Shown here: in pieces, positions 25,480 to 40,341 of the stretch
Layout of the letters: the number at the start of each line of letters is the position of its first letter
Numbering within the stretch: the first letter of the stretch is position 1
Origin: Pristiophorus japonicus
Lineage: Eukaryota
Length of the DNA stretch: 58,790 nucleotides
Direction of reading: 5' to 3'
Assembly: GCF_044704955.1 (NCBI RefSeq)
Contig: NW_027254618.1
Location: forward strand, 186,001 to 244,790
Program-made: the position numbers and the translations under genes
The notes under the pieces: model-generated
The model's database searches: none
What the model was told of the DNA's origin: nothing
Seen by the model: the letters and a program-made list of their open reading frames with translations, nothing else

Positions 25480-26610
25480 CGGTACCTCTCTGTTTCTGGT
25501 ATCAGAGTGTGTGTTTTATTCTGTACCTGTCAGTTTTTGTGAAGTGAGTGAGAGATTTATTCTGTACCTGTCAATCTCTGCTATGTGTGAGTTGGGATTT
25601 ATTGTGTACCCGTCAAGTTTTGATATGCGAGTATGGGTTTTATTCTGTACCTGCCAGTTTCTGGTATGTGAGTGTGGGTTTTATTCTGTACCTGTCAGTT
25701 TCTGGTATCTGAGTGTGTACTTTAACCTATATCATCAGCTTCTGGAAGGTAAGTGTGGATATTGACCAGTATCTGTCAGTTTTTCGGATTGGAATATGGA
25801 TTTTATTCTGTACCTATCAGATTCCGGTATGGGAGTATGGGGTTGAATCGGTACCTGTCAGTTTCTGATATGTGACTGTGGTTTTAATCTGTACCGGTCA
25901 CTTTCTGGTATCCAAGTGTGGATTGCATTCTGTACCTGACAGTTTCTGGAATCTGGGTGTTGATTATATTCTGTACCTGTCAGTTTTTGCTTTGTGAATG
26001 TGGATTTTATTCTGTTCTGGTCAGTTACTGCTGTGTGAGTGTAGGAATTAATATGTACCTCCAGTTTCTGGTATGTGATTGTGTTTTTTTTCTGCACCTG
26101 TCAGTTTGTGGTAGATGTGTAGGGTGTCAGTTTCTGGTATTCAAATGTGGATTTTTATCTTTATATGTCAGTTTGTGCAATGTGAATGTGGGATTCATTT
26201 TGTATCTCTCATTCTGGGGTAAGTGAGTGTGTGTTTCCTCTGTACCTGTTAGTTTCTGGTATGAGAGTGTGGGTTTTATTCTGTATCTCTCATTCTGGGG
26301 TAAGTGAGCGTGTGTTTCCTCTGTACCTGTCAGTTTCCGGTATGTGAGTGTGGGTTTTATTCTGAACCTGTCATTTTCTAGTATCTGAGTGGGATTTATT
26401 CTGTATCTGTCAGCTTCTGGTATGTTAGTGTGTTTTATCCTATATCTGTGAATTTTTTTTCCTCATTATATTGGATGAATGCGATTCAGAAATATTTCGA
26501 GTAGAGACGAGCTATTATGCGTCAGTGGTACAGTGAGTGAGTGTGGGATTCACTCTGTATCTGACAGTCAGGGGTACAGTGAGTGAGTGTGAGATTCATG
26601 CTGTATCTGT
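25480..26610. repeat. 41-bp satellite
   Basis: Consensus GTGAGTGTGGGTTTTATTCTGTACCTGTCAGTTTCTGGTAT. Confidence 0.9.
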
Positions 26611-26969
26611 CATAAATGCAAATGTTTGTTGTTGTTGTAGAAATGAAATTTTTCAGTTACTTACGGTGGTTAACATTTACGCAGAAGAAAATGTCATAAG
26701 CAGCCTCGTGGATAACCGTCAGGAAAGTACTGTTACTGGTGAGATCACGATGTGCTCGATGCAAACTTGGCTAATAACTCTAGAGGTGATGGAAAAGAAA
26801 GCAACATTTTGTGACGTTTGAGCGAGATGAGAAAACATAATCAGCGCGAGGAGCCCGATCAGAGAGCTGGCGGGCAAGAAGCATTGAGCTCCTGTTTACT
26901 GCCCGATGCTATTTCCAAAACAGCAGGAAAGAACGGTCCCTGGATCTGGGAACTTGCGGAGGCCTTACA

Positions 26970-28765
26970 GCACATGGATCCAGGAGGCCATTCAGTCCCT
27001 CGAGCCTGTTACATAAGGAACAGGGGGAGGCCATTCAGTCCCTCGAGCCTGTTACATAAGGTACAGGAGGAGGCCATTCAGGCCCTCGAGCCTGATACAT
27101 AAGGAACAGGAGGAGGCCATTCAGTCCCACAAGTCTGTTACATAAGGAACAGGGGGAGGCTATTCAGTCCCTCGAGCCTGTTACAGTGGAACAGGAGGAG
27201 GCCATGCAGTTCCTAGAGTCTGTTAAATTAGAATTGGAGGAGGCCATTCAGTCCCTCGACGTGTTACATAAGGAACAGGGGGAGGCCATTCAGTCCCTCG
27301 AACCTGTTACATAGGAACAGGAGGAGGCCATTCAGCCCACCGAGAATGTTATAGGAACTGGAAGAGGCCAATAAGCCAGTTGCACATGTTATAATGCAAT
27401 TGGAGGAGGCCACTCATCCCATCTAACTTATTACACAGGAACAGAAAGTGGCTGTTCAGCACCGAATGTTGTTAGACAGGAACAGGATGAGGCTATTCTT
27501 CCCCTCGAGCCTGTTTCATTGGATCAGGAGAATGCCATTCAGCCCTTCCATTCTGTTATGTGGGAAGAAGTGGAGACCATTCAGCCTCTCTAACATTAGA
27601 AACATGAGCAGACCACTCAGCCTTTGATTCTGTGACATGGGAACAGCAGGATGTTTTTCATCCCCTCGAGCTTCTTACATTAGGAACAGGAGAAGACCAC
27701 TCAGTCCCTCGGGTCTGTTACATAGGAACAGGAGTAGGCCAATTCCACCCCTCGGAACTGTTAACCAGGAACAGGAGGTGACCATTCATCCCCTCGAGCC
27801 TGTTAGAGGAATTGGAGGAGGCCATTCAGCCCCTCCTGCATGTTATATGGGAACTGGGGGAGGACATTCAGCCACTCGAGCATGTGGTATAGGAACAGGG
27901 GGAAGACATTCAGCCCCCAAGCATGTTTAATTAGGATCATGAGCAGGCCATTCAGCCCTTTGACCCTGTGACATGGGAGCAGGAGAAGGCCATAGAACCC
28001 GTCAAGAATGTTATATAGGAAGAGGAGGAGGCCATTCAGCTCCTCGAGCCTATTACATTAGGAACTGGAGAGGGCTTTTCAGTTCCTCGAGCCTATTACA
28101 TTAGGAACCGGAGGAGGCCATTCAGCTCCTCGAGCCTATTACATTAGGAACTGGAGAGGGCTTTTCAGCTCCTCGAGCCTATTACATTAGGAACTGGAGG
28201 AGGCCATTCAGCTCCTCAAGCCTATTACATTAGGAACTGGAGAAGGCCATTCAGTTCCTTGAGCCGATTACATTAGGAACTGGAGAAGGCCATTCAGCAA
28301 CTGGAGTTAAAAAGCAATAGGACAACACAATTCTGCCCCTCGGGTCTGTTACATTAGGAATAGGACAAGGGCAATCATCCCCATGGGATGGTTTCATGGG
28401 AACAGGAGGAAGGCATTCAGCCCCTCGAGCTTGTTCCATCGGGACTGGAGGAGGCTATTCAGCCCCTGGAACCTGTTACACAGGAATAGAAGTGGCTATT
28501 CATAAGAACTAAAGGAGGCTATTCAACCTATTCTAACCTGATACACAGGTACAGGGGAAGGTCATTCTGCCCCGAGAGCTTGTTACATATTAACAGGAGG
28601 AAGCCATTAAGCCCCTCGTGTTTATTACATTAGGAACAGGAGAAGGCCACTCAGTATCTCCAGTCTGTTAATTTAGGAACAGGAGGTGGCCATCAGCCCC
28701 CTCGGGCCTGTTACACAGGAATAGGAGGAGGCCATTCAGCACCACAAACATGTTTAATTTGGATA
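26970..28765. repeat. 43-bp satellite derived from the CR1 3' terminus, about 40 copies
   Basis: Unit AGGAACAGGAGGAGGCCATTCAGCCCCTCGAGCCTGTTACAT; period 43 (CTCGAG at 28043, 28086, 28129); matches reverse CR1 tail AGGAGTAGGCCATTCGGCCC..GAGCCTG. Confidence 0.9.
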
Positions 28766-28794
28766 ACCTGTCTATGTACCCGCACACTGTGATC

Positions 28795-29830
28795 GGTACC
28801 GAGAAGGAGCTGGTTGCACTGTTCCTTATGTCTCAGGTGGAGGAAACTTCACATTTGTTCCAGTTCCTTCAATTCCTTGCCTGCAGGAGGATAAGGTATC
28901 TCTGATCATTCAAGAACAGGAGAGGTAGAAAAGACTAAAGTGATTAATGTAATCGTTCAATTAATATTCATTATGAACATTCACAAAGGGAAGCCAGCGA
29001 TACAAACAGTGTCAGTGTCTGACTCCTCTGCAGCACTGAGCTTCTGCACACCAAGTGTGTTGGGCAGATTTACAGCAATTTACTGACATCCAGATACAAC
29101 CCAACCCCTGCCCTGCTTCAGGAATGGGACTACCCGATGGGGCACGGACTTTTACACAGCTCAGATTGCTACTCCCCTCTCCCAGGGCACTAACCGTTCA
29201 ACCAAAAACAAAGAGCCGCTGTTTAAAACATGTCCTTCACATTTCTCACCCGGTGCCTGCAATAGATGCTCCTTGTATAAATCCTCAGTGTCCGGCTCTG
29301 CTTCCACTGCTCGCTGTCCAATGACAACAAACACGATGAGACTGGAACTAAAGCAGGAACGTTCACTACTGATTTGCAGGGAGAAAGCAGCAATGATTGT
29401 CAACAGCAGATCCTTCCCATTCTGTCTCCCTTACCCGGGACACACGCTGTCCACACACAGCCCGAGAATGGCCTCTCCCTTCCCCCACTCACTCCACGCA
29501 CTGAGACCAGTTCTTGCTCCACTCCGCCTGTTACACACAGACTCCGACTCCCCCTGAACTTCCCCCGGACTCAGTGCCGATCTCTGAGCCCATCTGCGGA
29601 CACGCTCCTAAAGCGATGTGCTGCTGTAAGGAGGCTGCAGCTCGCTGCCTTACCCCGGGGCCGCGGTGACTCAATTCCCGGTTGTTTAAACCACCTTCTT
29701 CCGCTCACTGAGTGAATGGCGCTCACAGGCAGGGCTGGGGGAGGGGAGGGCGTATGCGCTCTTCTGCTCACTGGCAATCGACCCAAGGGGCGGGGCTTAT
29801 CCGCGCACGCGCAGCTCGCTGCAATAATTC
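28795..29830 (-). other. Repeated non-coding module, copy 1, with CpG/GC-box promoter-like end
   Basis: Similar to 47060-48260 and 54840-56680; NRF1-like GCGCACGCGC and GC box at 29788-29812. Confidence 0.55.
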
Positions 29831-30532
29831 AGCCTTTAAAAATCAAAGTGAACTTTTCCAAATTTACTTTTATCAGAATCTGAGCAAAGGAACTGGGCCT
29901 GGGGGGGCAAGGACAGAGAATGTTTAAAGCTGGGAACCTTGCCCCTTTGAGATGCTCAATTTGGGATCATTCCGTGCAGGGTGTTTTTCTCTTCGTGAGC
30001 CCGTCTTCACAAAACAATCCTGTCAAAACATCGGAGGGACGGCGGAGTAGGAGTGTTTGCTGGGACTGTGCAGGAGTTAATATCTGACAGAAACTGTCCC
30101 AGTTTAGTTGAATCAGAGTGAAACACTCGGTTACTGAGAGTAATACCGAACGGCCCTGAGCTGCAAGATTACAGGGAGTACAACAGGCAAGCGAGGGTTA
30201 AATGTGGGACCTTGTTTCTCTCACTCTCTGACACTGTCCCGCAGTGTGGGATTAATAATGTGTCTGTATGTGGTACAATATCAGTGAGAGAGGGGACTGT
30301 ATCTTCTGTCTCCCCAATGGGAACTTTCAGGATAAAACCGGACCTCACAGATCAATTGGGACAGATACTGTGTAAGTCTTTCTGTGTCTCACCGTCCTGC
30401 CTCGATCTCTCCGATCTCTCACTTAGCACTCTCCCCCATCTCTGACTCTGTTACAATCCTTTTCTCTTGTACTGTCTGTGAAGGGGGGATACTGTTATTT
30501 CGCGTGATGTGGAAACACTTGTGAGTACAACA

Positions 30533-31146
30533 CTATAGGAGCAGGGAGGTCTTACTGCAGTTGTACAGGGCCTTGGTGAGGTCACACCTTGAATATTGTG
30601 TACAGTTTTGGTCTCCTAATCTGAGGAAGGACATTCTTGCTATTGAGGGAGTGCAGCGAAGGTTCACCAGATTGATTCCAGGATGGCAGGACTGTCATAT
30701 GAAGAAAGACTGGATAGACTAGGTTTATATTCACTGGAATTTAGAAGAATGAGAGGGGATCTCATAGAAACATATAACATTCTGACGGGATTGCACAGGT
30801 TAGATGCAGGAAGAATGTTCCCGATGGTGGGGATGTCCAGAACCGGGGGTCACGGTTTAAGAATAAGGGGTAAGCCATTTAGGACCGAGATGAGAAGAAA
30901 CTTCTTCACTCAGAGAATTGTGAGCCTGTGGAATTTTCTACCACAGAAAGTTGTTGAGGCCAGTTCGTTAGATATATTCAAAAGGGAGTTAGATATGGCC
31001 CTTACGGTGAAAGGGATCAAGGGGTATGGAGAGAAAGCAGGAATGGGGTACTGAAGTTGCATGATCAGCCATGATCATATTGAATGGTGGTGCAAACTTG
31101 AAGGGCCGAATGGCCTACTCCTGCACCTATTTTCTATGTTTCTATG
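30533..31146 (+). mobile_element. 5'-truncated CR1
   Basis: ORF 30683-31054 CR1 C-terminus, TTTCTATG tail. Confidence 0.92.
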
Positions 31147-31797
31147 ATACTGTTTCTGTTTCTCTCTCTGGTGCTATACATGACGGTGTGGCACTGTTAC
31201 TGAGCGTAATATGGAAACACTGATACCAAGTGTAAGACTGATAATGTGTCTGTCTCTTTCTCTCTCTTTCGGTGGTGCTATACATGAATGTGTGATACTA
31301 TTATTCAGAGTAATATTGAGACACAGTTAGGGAGTTTAAGACTGATTCTGTGTCTGTCTCTCTGTCGCTCCCTCTGATAGCCATCTCTGGGTGGTGAGTA
31401 TGGGATGGATAGGATACCAGTTACTGTTATATGTCCCTCATTTTCGGAGGAGAGAGAGAGAGAGAGACAAAGAGAGGGTGGAGGGGCGGTGAACTCATAA
31501 TTTCTATTTTCACGTTAATCAAACATATTTCTGCGTGCGAACAATGTAATAACTTAACAGCATATATGGGTTAAGCCAGCCTCTGCTGTGATTGGCTCCT
31601 GCCCTTGAATCTGGGGAACAGACACTCTGAGGAACGCCGGCCTCAGAGTGTTTAACACTTACTGAGCTAGGAGACTACAACTAACCCCGAGAATCGGCAG
31701 CACAGGCCGAGCGGAGAGGTAACCCTGTGCTGGGAGCTGTAAATCTGGGACAGTTTGTGCTGTGAATGTGCAGATGTGAACATTGTGTGAGCGAGAG

Positions 31798-32227
31798 TGT
31801 GTTAAAGGGGCGGGCCGGTGAGACGAATGTCACTTTGTTTGTGTCATCGCCGGATTCCAGAGTCCCGCTTGTGTAAAATTCAAAGATTTTCCTGTCACAG
31901 GATCGCCCTGCTGCCCTGCTCAGGTCTAAAGTGGGAATTAAACGTCAAGTTTGATGTGATTTCAAATTTCAATCGAAAAACAGAGAAAATGTCCGCGATC
32001 GGGTGAGAGAGCGCGATCAGTGCAGCAATGCTGCCATTAATTCGGAGGAAGCTTTCTCGACAACAAACATCCCGGTCTTCGGGACAGAAAGAGGCCAGTC
32101 TGGGAATCTGGAGGGCCCGGGTTGAATTGGAATCGGACAGTTAATGAGGAGAGAGAAACACAGAGAGGCTGGAGGGGCGGGGAGCTGACAGCAGGATGTC
32201 TCGCCCCGTCCGCTCGCTGCCTTTAAG
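31798..32227 (+). promoter_or_regulatory. Histone H1 promoter
   Basis: TGTGTTA at 31798-31804, H1 AC-box AAACACA at 32156-32162, GC box near 32175, TTTAAG TATA-like near 32222. Confidence 0.7.
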
Positions 32228-32308
32228 TTGCTCTGTGCCGCCGCCTCCCGTCGTTTCATTTCTGACCGAGCTCTGACTGTCAGAGAGATTTTCCACAGAG
32301 TCGCCGAC

Positions 32309-33007
32309 ATGACTGACACTTCAGCCGCCGAAACAGCTCCTTCTGCCGCCGCCGCTCAAGCCAAGGCCCCCCGCAAGAAGAAGAAGGCAGCTCCCCGCTC
32401 CAAGCCAGCCGGCCCCACGTTGGGCGAACAGATCCTCAAGGTTGTGACCGATGGCAGCGATCGCAAGGGGATGTCTCTGGCCGCGATAAAGAAGGCTCTG
32501 GCGGCCAAAGGCGTGGATGTGGAGAAGCGCGGGTCCCAGATCAGGTTCAGTATCAAGAGGAATGTGACAAATGGCTTCCTGCTGCAGACCAAGGGCACGG
32601 GCGCCTCGGGCTCCTTCAAAGTCGCTAAGAAGGAAAACCAGGGGAAAGTGGGAAGGAAGGTGAAGAAACCAGCAGCCAAGAACTCTCCAGCCAAGAAACC
32701 AGCAGCCAAGAAATCTCCAGCCAAGAAACCAGCAGCCAAGAAATCTCCGGCCAAGAAACCAGCAGCCAAGAAATCTCCGGCCAAGAAACCAGCAGCCAAG
32801 AAATCTCCGGCCAAGAAAACGAGCACCAAGAAGGCGCTAACAGTAAAAAAGTCAGCGAAAGCGGCGGCTGGGAAGAAGGCGGCAGCGGCGAAGCCCAAGA
32901 GCCCCAAGAAGGCCTCGGGCGCAAAGGTGAAGGCGGCCAAAAAGGTGGGAAAACCGAGGGCCAAGGCCAAATCAACAAAACCCAAGAAACCAGCGCTCAA
33001 AAAGTAA
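32309..33007 (+). CDS. H1: Histone H1 (232 aa), replication-dependent
   Basis: Globular domain ([23 protein letters not shown]), Lys/Ala/Pro-rich tail, 3' stem-loop. Confidence 0.95.
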   Translation: MTDTSAAETAPSAAAAQAKAPRKKKKAAPRSKPAGPTLGEQILKVVTDGSDRKGMSLAAIKKALAAKGVDVEKRGSQIRFSIKRNVTNGFLLQTKGTGASGSFKVAKKENQGKVGRKVKKPAAKNSPAKKPAAKKSPAKKPAAKKSPAKKPAAKKSPAKKPAAKKSPAKKTSTKKALTVKKSAKAAAGKKAAAAKPKSPKKASGAKVKAAKKVGKPRAKAKSTKPKKPALKK

Positions 33008-33042
33008 ATAAAAAGTGCAACTTGTAAACATCTGAACCCAAA

Positions 33043-33080
33043 GGCTCTTCTCAGAGCCACCCACGCCTCTCAGAAAAGAG
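33043..33080 (+). terminator. Histone 3' stem-loop and purine-rich downstream element
   Basis: GGCTCTTCTCAGAGCC-ACCCA followed by AGAAAAGAG. Confidence 0.93.
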
Positions 33081-33807
33081 TTGATCCCCGAATCAAATGA
33101 TCCCTGTCCCGGGGCCGGGCTCAGATTTCAGACAGAAATCATTGAACATGAAGCCAGGATCCCTGGTGACTCGCTGACATTGGCTGCACCCACCCCTCCC
33201 CCAGTGTCTGCAATAAAACACACAGAGAATGGGATGTCCGGCCCGGGCCTCACTGTAACTGGGGATGTGTTCAGCTCCAGTCTCAGTTCCTGGTCATTGT
33301 CATTTCACAGATTCAGGGGGAGAGTGTGTGAGACGGTGACACTGGCGGAGATACCCCGCCTCACAACTCAAACCCCAAACACCACATTCTCCAAATCAGC
33401 TGGAATAAGGTGTTTGAAAACTGCTGAACCCGTCTGTGAGAGGAAGTGTGGGGAGATGGAACAAGGTCTGAGATTGACAGGGAAGGGGCTGTATATAGGC
33501 GGGAATATTCGCGATTGTTAATTGTAGCGGGACTTTATTTAAAAGCTTCAGGTTCCTGGAAGCTTTGAATATAAATTCCGAGTCTGTTTCGGTTCTATTG
33601 TCGGAAAACGGTTTGAAATTAGCGGCTGCAGAAAGCTGGAGCGGAGCTGGAAGATCAGAGGCCGCTCTCTGCTCTGTCTGTCAATCTTGACTATGTCTCC
33701 TCCCCTTCCCGCCTCTCTCACTCTGCGCTTTCTCAGTCAGGTCGGCTCCGGCTCTATAAAAAGGAGCCGGCAGCAGTTCACTTCTCATTCAGCGGCAGTT
33801 TAAGTGA

Positions 33808-34130
<323 letters not shown>

Positions 34131-34264
34131 ATAACTCGACCCTTTTCCCCCAAACACAACACAAAGGCTCTTCTAAGAGCCACCCACCGGCACACAGAGA
34201 GAGCAGCGACCTGGGGATCGGAGCGCGGACAGTTTGGTTGGGAAATGGTTTCGGCTGTTTAATT

Positions 34265-34505
34265 AATGGAAAGAAAGGTTTGGATTTATATTGCGCCTTT
34301 CACGACCACCGAACGTCTCAAGACACAGAAAAATAGAAAATAGGTGCAGGAGTAGGCCATTCGGCCCTTCGAGCCTGCACCGCCATTCAACAAGATCACA
34401 GCTGATCACCTCCACACTCCCCAACCCCCGCCCCCCCCTCAGCCGCAAGGACCACATCCAATGAACAAGACCAATGAAGTACTTTTGGAGTGTAGTCTCT
34501 AGGAA
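34265..34505 (-). mobile_element. SINE/L2 tail with inserted CR1 3' end
   Basis: TTTATATTGCGCCTTTCACGACC tail plus reverse CR1 terminus at 34325-34405. Confidence 0.55.
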
Positions 34506-34959
34506 TATGGGAATTATTAAATATTTTACAACTATTGTAAATATGAGAGATCAGAAACTCCGGCTGACAGTCACAATTACCGGGCAGGATACACAGTCCT
34601 CTTTACACATTACAGTCTCCCCTCACAGATAATTCCTGTCATGTGAGGTTTCTGTGAGAATCGGTTAAGTGGGACGGCACTTGCGGGATCGATGCGGGAC
34701 TTTATGTTTACAGGAAGCAGTGACCGCGGATTTATTCCCGCCCGGTACAGACGGATCAGGGGAATGGAACATAATTCAAACCGGAATGTGACAGAATGGG
34801 ATTGGTGACTTATAATGGGGCACAATCGCCGTTATAAAGAGCGGGATTCTTAAATTGCTGGCGGGAAATTAGATTTTATTTAATCTCTGTTGGTTGATAT
34901 TCTGAAATTGGCGGGCTTTTTGAAATTGACCAAATGTCAGTTTCAGTTCAGCCAATTAG

Positions 34960-35547
<588 letters not shown>

Positions 35548-36252
35548 ACTCCCCCTGCCCCGGCTCCAAGCTTCAGCACCAAGTGCAACAACGGCTCTTT
35601 TCAGAGCCACCAAATCAGCAAAGGAAAGAGCTGCGATCTACTGTAACCAGAGCTTCGTGTTGTTCATTAACCCATTGTAGGGACGGGCAGAGGGTGTGAG
35701 ACTGATTACTGATCGTGTCTTCATATACCAACTCGGTTCACATGGGAATTATTGACGATTAACTGGTGAGTCTTTTAATATTTTCAGAAACTGACATCGG
35801 CTTTGCGTCGCTCTGACCTCGAGTTCCCCGGGGCAGAGCACAGATTTCCCCATTCGGTGTTGCCGGAGAATGGGGGCAGGTAGATCTGGGAAGCACTGCA
35901 ATGGACTCGGGTCCTGTATGTGTGCATCGCTCGCTGCTCCAGTGCGGTCTAAACTGACCGGCTTAGCAGAGAAATACAGAGCCCGGGAACGGCCAGAGCT
36001 CCCGAGAACAAAATCAGCATTCAAACTATCTCAAACCAGACCAGAATTAAACTAGGCCCTTTTATTACTACATTAATTCATCATTGCCGACTCTCTCGTT
36101 TTCAGACAGATTAAAGAATATTTAAAGAACCGGTGGCAGTATTTATACAATTGTTGAGTGACAACTGTAGTTCAATTATTCGCTGTTAACGGGAAGTGTA
36201 TGTGTGAGCAGAGAACCGTAATGCAGAGACCGGGAACTGAAAACTCCCGCGT

Positions 36253-36523
36253 ACGGATAAGGGGAAAGCCATTTAGGACTGAGATGAGGAGAAACGTATT
36301 CACTCAAGAGTTGTTAACCTGTGGAATTCCCTACCGCAGAGTTGTTGATGCCAGTTCGTTACATATATTCAAGAGGGAGTTAGATGTGGCCCTTATGGCT
36401 AAAGGGATATGGAGAGAAAGCAGGAAAGGGGTACTGAGGGAATAATCAGCCATGATCTTATTGAATGGTGGTGCAGGCTCGAAGGGCCGAATGGCCTACT
36501 CCTGCACCTATTTTCTATGTTTC
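36253..36523 (+). mobile_element. CR1 3' fragment
   Basis: CR1 tail; absent from the paralogous spacer near 39765. Confidence 0.85.
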
Positions 36524-36661
36524 CAGGTCTAAAACAGGCCCATCGATCGGTACATGAATTAAAGGGCTCTGACTCCATTAAGACAGTAAGCATCCCCTTC
36601 ACAGATACTGTGGGTGGCTCTGAAAAGAGCCTTTGGGTTATTAGATTAAATCTTGTCCGCT

Positions 36662-37057
<396 letters not shown>

Positions 37058-38006
37058 TCACAAGTTCAGACAAAGAATGAGAAACTCCTCCCACATCTGC
37101 CCTTCTTATACATTCTGGAGGGATGCAGGGAGCGAACTTGTGATTGGTCGCTCTGAAGTGGATTTCATTGGTCTTTTCCGCTGACCAATCACCGTCTGTT
37201 TAGCCCGCCAATGTAAACAGGGCGAAAATTACTGTTCGACTGCCAACGAATCTTCAATTTCAAAAACCCCGCCAATAATTTTTACAATGCGGATTATGTT
37301 AATAAATTCAACATTAGCCAAAGATTTCCAAACACTTTTTATTTCCTTTTGCCGTATTCTTTATTGCCTTCCAAATTCCAGGATGTTACAATCAGGATTA
37401 AATTCGGGTTCAGTTTCAAACGTTCTGTAACGGGACACATTCCAGCTCAATCTTTGTACAATTTGGGAATCACAGATCATGGATCGATCATCCGCACAGG
37501 CGGCAGTGAGACCAGAACTGGGAGTTCTTCTGTGAAAAGAGGGACAGAGGGTTCAAACTCCCTGTTCTGGTCTCTGTAAGAACTCCCAGTCTGGGCTGTT
37601 GCACTCGGAATCTCGGATTAATAAGCGGGTTGACCCGAACTAGAATTTTTTTTATATTGTAAAGGGTTTGAGAGAGAATGAGGTGACTAAAGTCTGAGTT
37701 TCACCTCCTAAAACAAGATCATAATTCATTGGCAGGCGACCAGGGACAGTGTGTGCAGTTTACTGGGAGGAAAATTCATCAGAGAAGCTAAGGTTGAACC
37801 GGACAGTAAAACCGCTTATCTGATAATTCAAATCTAAATCTACAGCTGGAATTTTAAATGCTGTCAAACACACTTGCTCAGGAAATAAATACAGTAAATT
37901 GAGTTTAAAGGGTGATGTGTTTGTGCAGCTCTTTCAGAGACGTTGTGGGTGGCTCTTAAAAGAGCCGTTGTGTTTAGGGATTGTTGTGTCAGGACAACGT
38001 GGAGTT

Positions 38007-38384
38007 TTACTTGGAGCTGGTGTACTTGGTCACCGCCTTTGTCCCTTCCGATACGGCGTGCTTGGCCAGCTCCCCGGGTAGCAGCAGACGCACGGCGGTC
38101 TGGATCTCCCGGGAGCTGATGGTGCGGCGCTTGTTGTAATGGGCCAGGCGGGAAGCCTCACCTGCGATGCGCTCGAAAATATCGTTCACAAAAGAGTTCA
38201 TGATGCCCATGGCCTTGGAGGAGATGCCGGTGTCGGGGTGAACCTGCTTCATCACTTTGTAGATGTAGATGGAGTAACTCTCCTTCCTCGACTTCCTGCG
38301 CTTCTTACCGCCCTTTGGTGGTGTTTTCTTGATCACTTTCTTGGCGCCTTTCTTGGCAGTAACTGATTTCTTCTCTTCAGGCAT
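38007..38384 (-). CDS. H2B: Histone H2B (125 aa)
   Basis: [28 protein letters not shown]; stem-loop at 37951-37966; TATA, octamer-like ATTAGCAT and CCAAT upstream. Confidence 0.96.
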   Translation of the reverse strand: MPEEKKSVTAKKGAKKVIKKTPPKGGKKRRKSRKESYSIYIYKVMKQVHPDTGISSKAMGIMNSFVNDIFERIAGEASRLAHYNKRRTISSREIQTAVRLLLPGELAKHAVSEGTKAVTKYTSSK

Positions 38385-38899
38385 CGTCTTGTTCAATCCA
38401 ACCCAGACATGACGTAAACTTAGCTCGGAGCTCGCATTATATAGGCAGCCCCACACTCCGCCCACAGCTCTATGCTAATGAGGGATGGGTGAAGGCAACA
38501 ATTGTGATTGGTTCACTCACTGCGTTGTCAATTTCTATTGTTCTGTAATTCTCTGATTGGATGTTTAAAGAGACCAATCAGATTTACTGCTCGCCACAAT
38601 CTCAAATTCTTCAATTAGGTCATCAGTTACATCCCCTCCCGACTTATACTCTGTTCTTTATCGATCTAGATTTCTACATGTTTGACAGACATTGACCGGT
38701 TTGTAACCGAGATTGCCTGAGGGCCACTTCTGGTCAGGACTTGGAAGTCTATGAGGTCAAAAGACCCTCAATGTCCTTCCTCCCTAATGCTGCCTTCCTC
38801 CCACCGTTTAATTCAACACCTTTCTTATCTTTCACTGCTGTAACTACATTAGTTGTTTCAGTGTTACCTTCACCTGGAATATGCCGTACCTTCTGTGCC

Positions 38900-39200
38900 G
38901 TAAAGGGCCTATTTCCCTTAGCACAGGAGGCATAAATTTAAAGTAATTGGTAGAAGATTTAGAGGGGAAATATCTTCACGCAGAGGGTGGCTGCGCTCTG
39001 GAACTCACTGCCTGAAAGGGTGGTAGAGGCAGAAACCCTCACCACATTTAAAACTACTTGGATGTGCACTTGAAGTGCCGTAACCTGCAGGGTTACGGAC
39101 CTAGAGCTGGAAAGTGGGATTCGGCTGGATAGCCTTTTGTTGGCCAGCACGGACACGATGGGCCGAAGTGGCCTCATTCCGTGTTGTAAGCTTCGATGAT
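38900..39200 (+). mobile_element. CR1 3' fragment
   Basis: Similar to 4950-5260. Confidence 0.75.
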
Positions 39201-39324
39201 AAATATCTATAATTCTGAAACTAAAAGGATATTCCGTCCATCGTGCATATGCTGATTTAAAATATCTATCGATACCGAACAAAATGTAAATGAACTATAT
39301 CTCCCTCCCTCCCCCCGTGAGGCG

Positions 39325-39468
39325 GTGGGTGGGACTTAGAAGAGCCTTTGCTTTGTGCTTGGGGGAAAGAGAGTCCCGTTGAATCCATAGAAAGTGCGGC
39401 CCTGCCGTTTCAGAGTGCACACCACATCCATGGCAGTGACCGTCTTGCGCTTGGCTGCTCAGTGTAGG
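39325..39468 (-). pseudogene. H4: Histone H4 3' fragment
   Basis: [25 protein letters not shown] plus degenerate stem-loop; 5' part deleted and joined to the H2A downstream spacer. Confidence 0.85.
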
Positions 39469-39897
39469 CCTAAACTGACCGGCTTAGGAGAAAAATACAC
39501 AGCCCGGAACGACTGGATCCCCGGGAACAGAACCAGCATTCAAACTCTCAAACCAGACCAGAATTAAACTAGGCCCTTTTAATAACCGCCGACTTTCTTC
39601 ATACAGCTTTCATTGATAAGATTAAATATTTAGGGAACCGGTTGCGGTATTTATACAAGTTTTGAGTCTCTGACAACTGTAGTTTAATTATTAGCTGCTA
39701 ACTAGAACAGTTTGCGTGAGCAGAAAACCATAATGGAAATACCAGGAACTGAAAACTCCCGCATACAGGTCTGAAATAGACCAATTTATCGGTACCTGAA
39801 CTCAAGGTCTCCATTAATACAGTAAGCAGCCCTTTCACAGATACTGTGAGTGGCTCTGAAAAGAGCCTTTGGGTTATTAGTTTAAATCTTGTCCGCT

Positions 39898-40341
<444 letters not shown>

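Noticed and set aside
26970-28765. CRISPR-like array (also considered for 14010, 16340, 19295 and 48352)
   Set aside because: Head-to-tail repeats without unique spacers, no cas genes, vertebrate context
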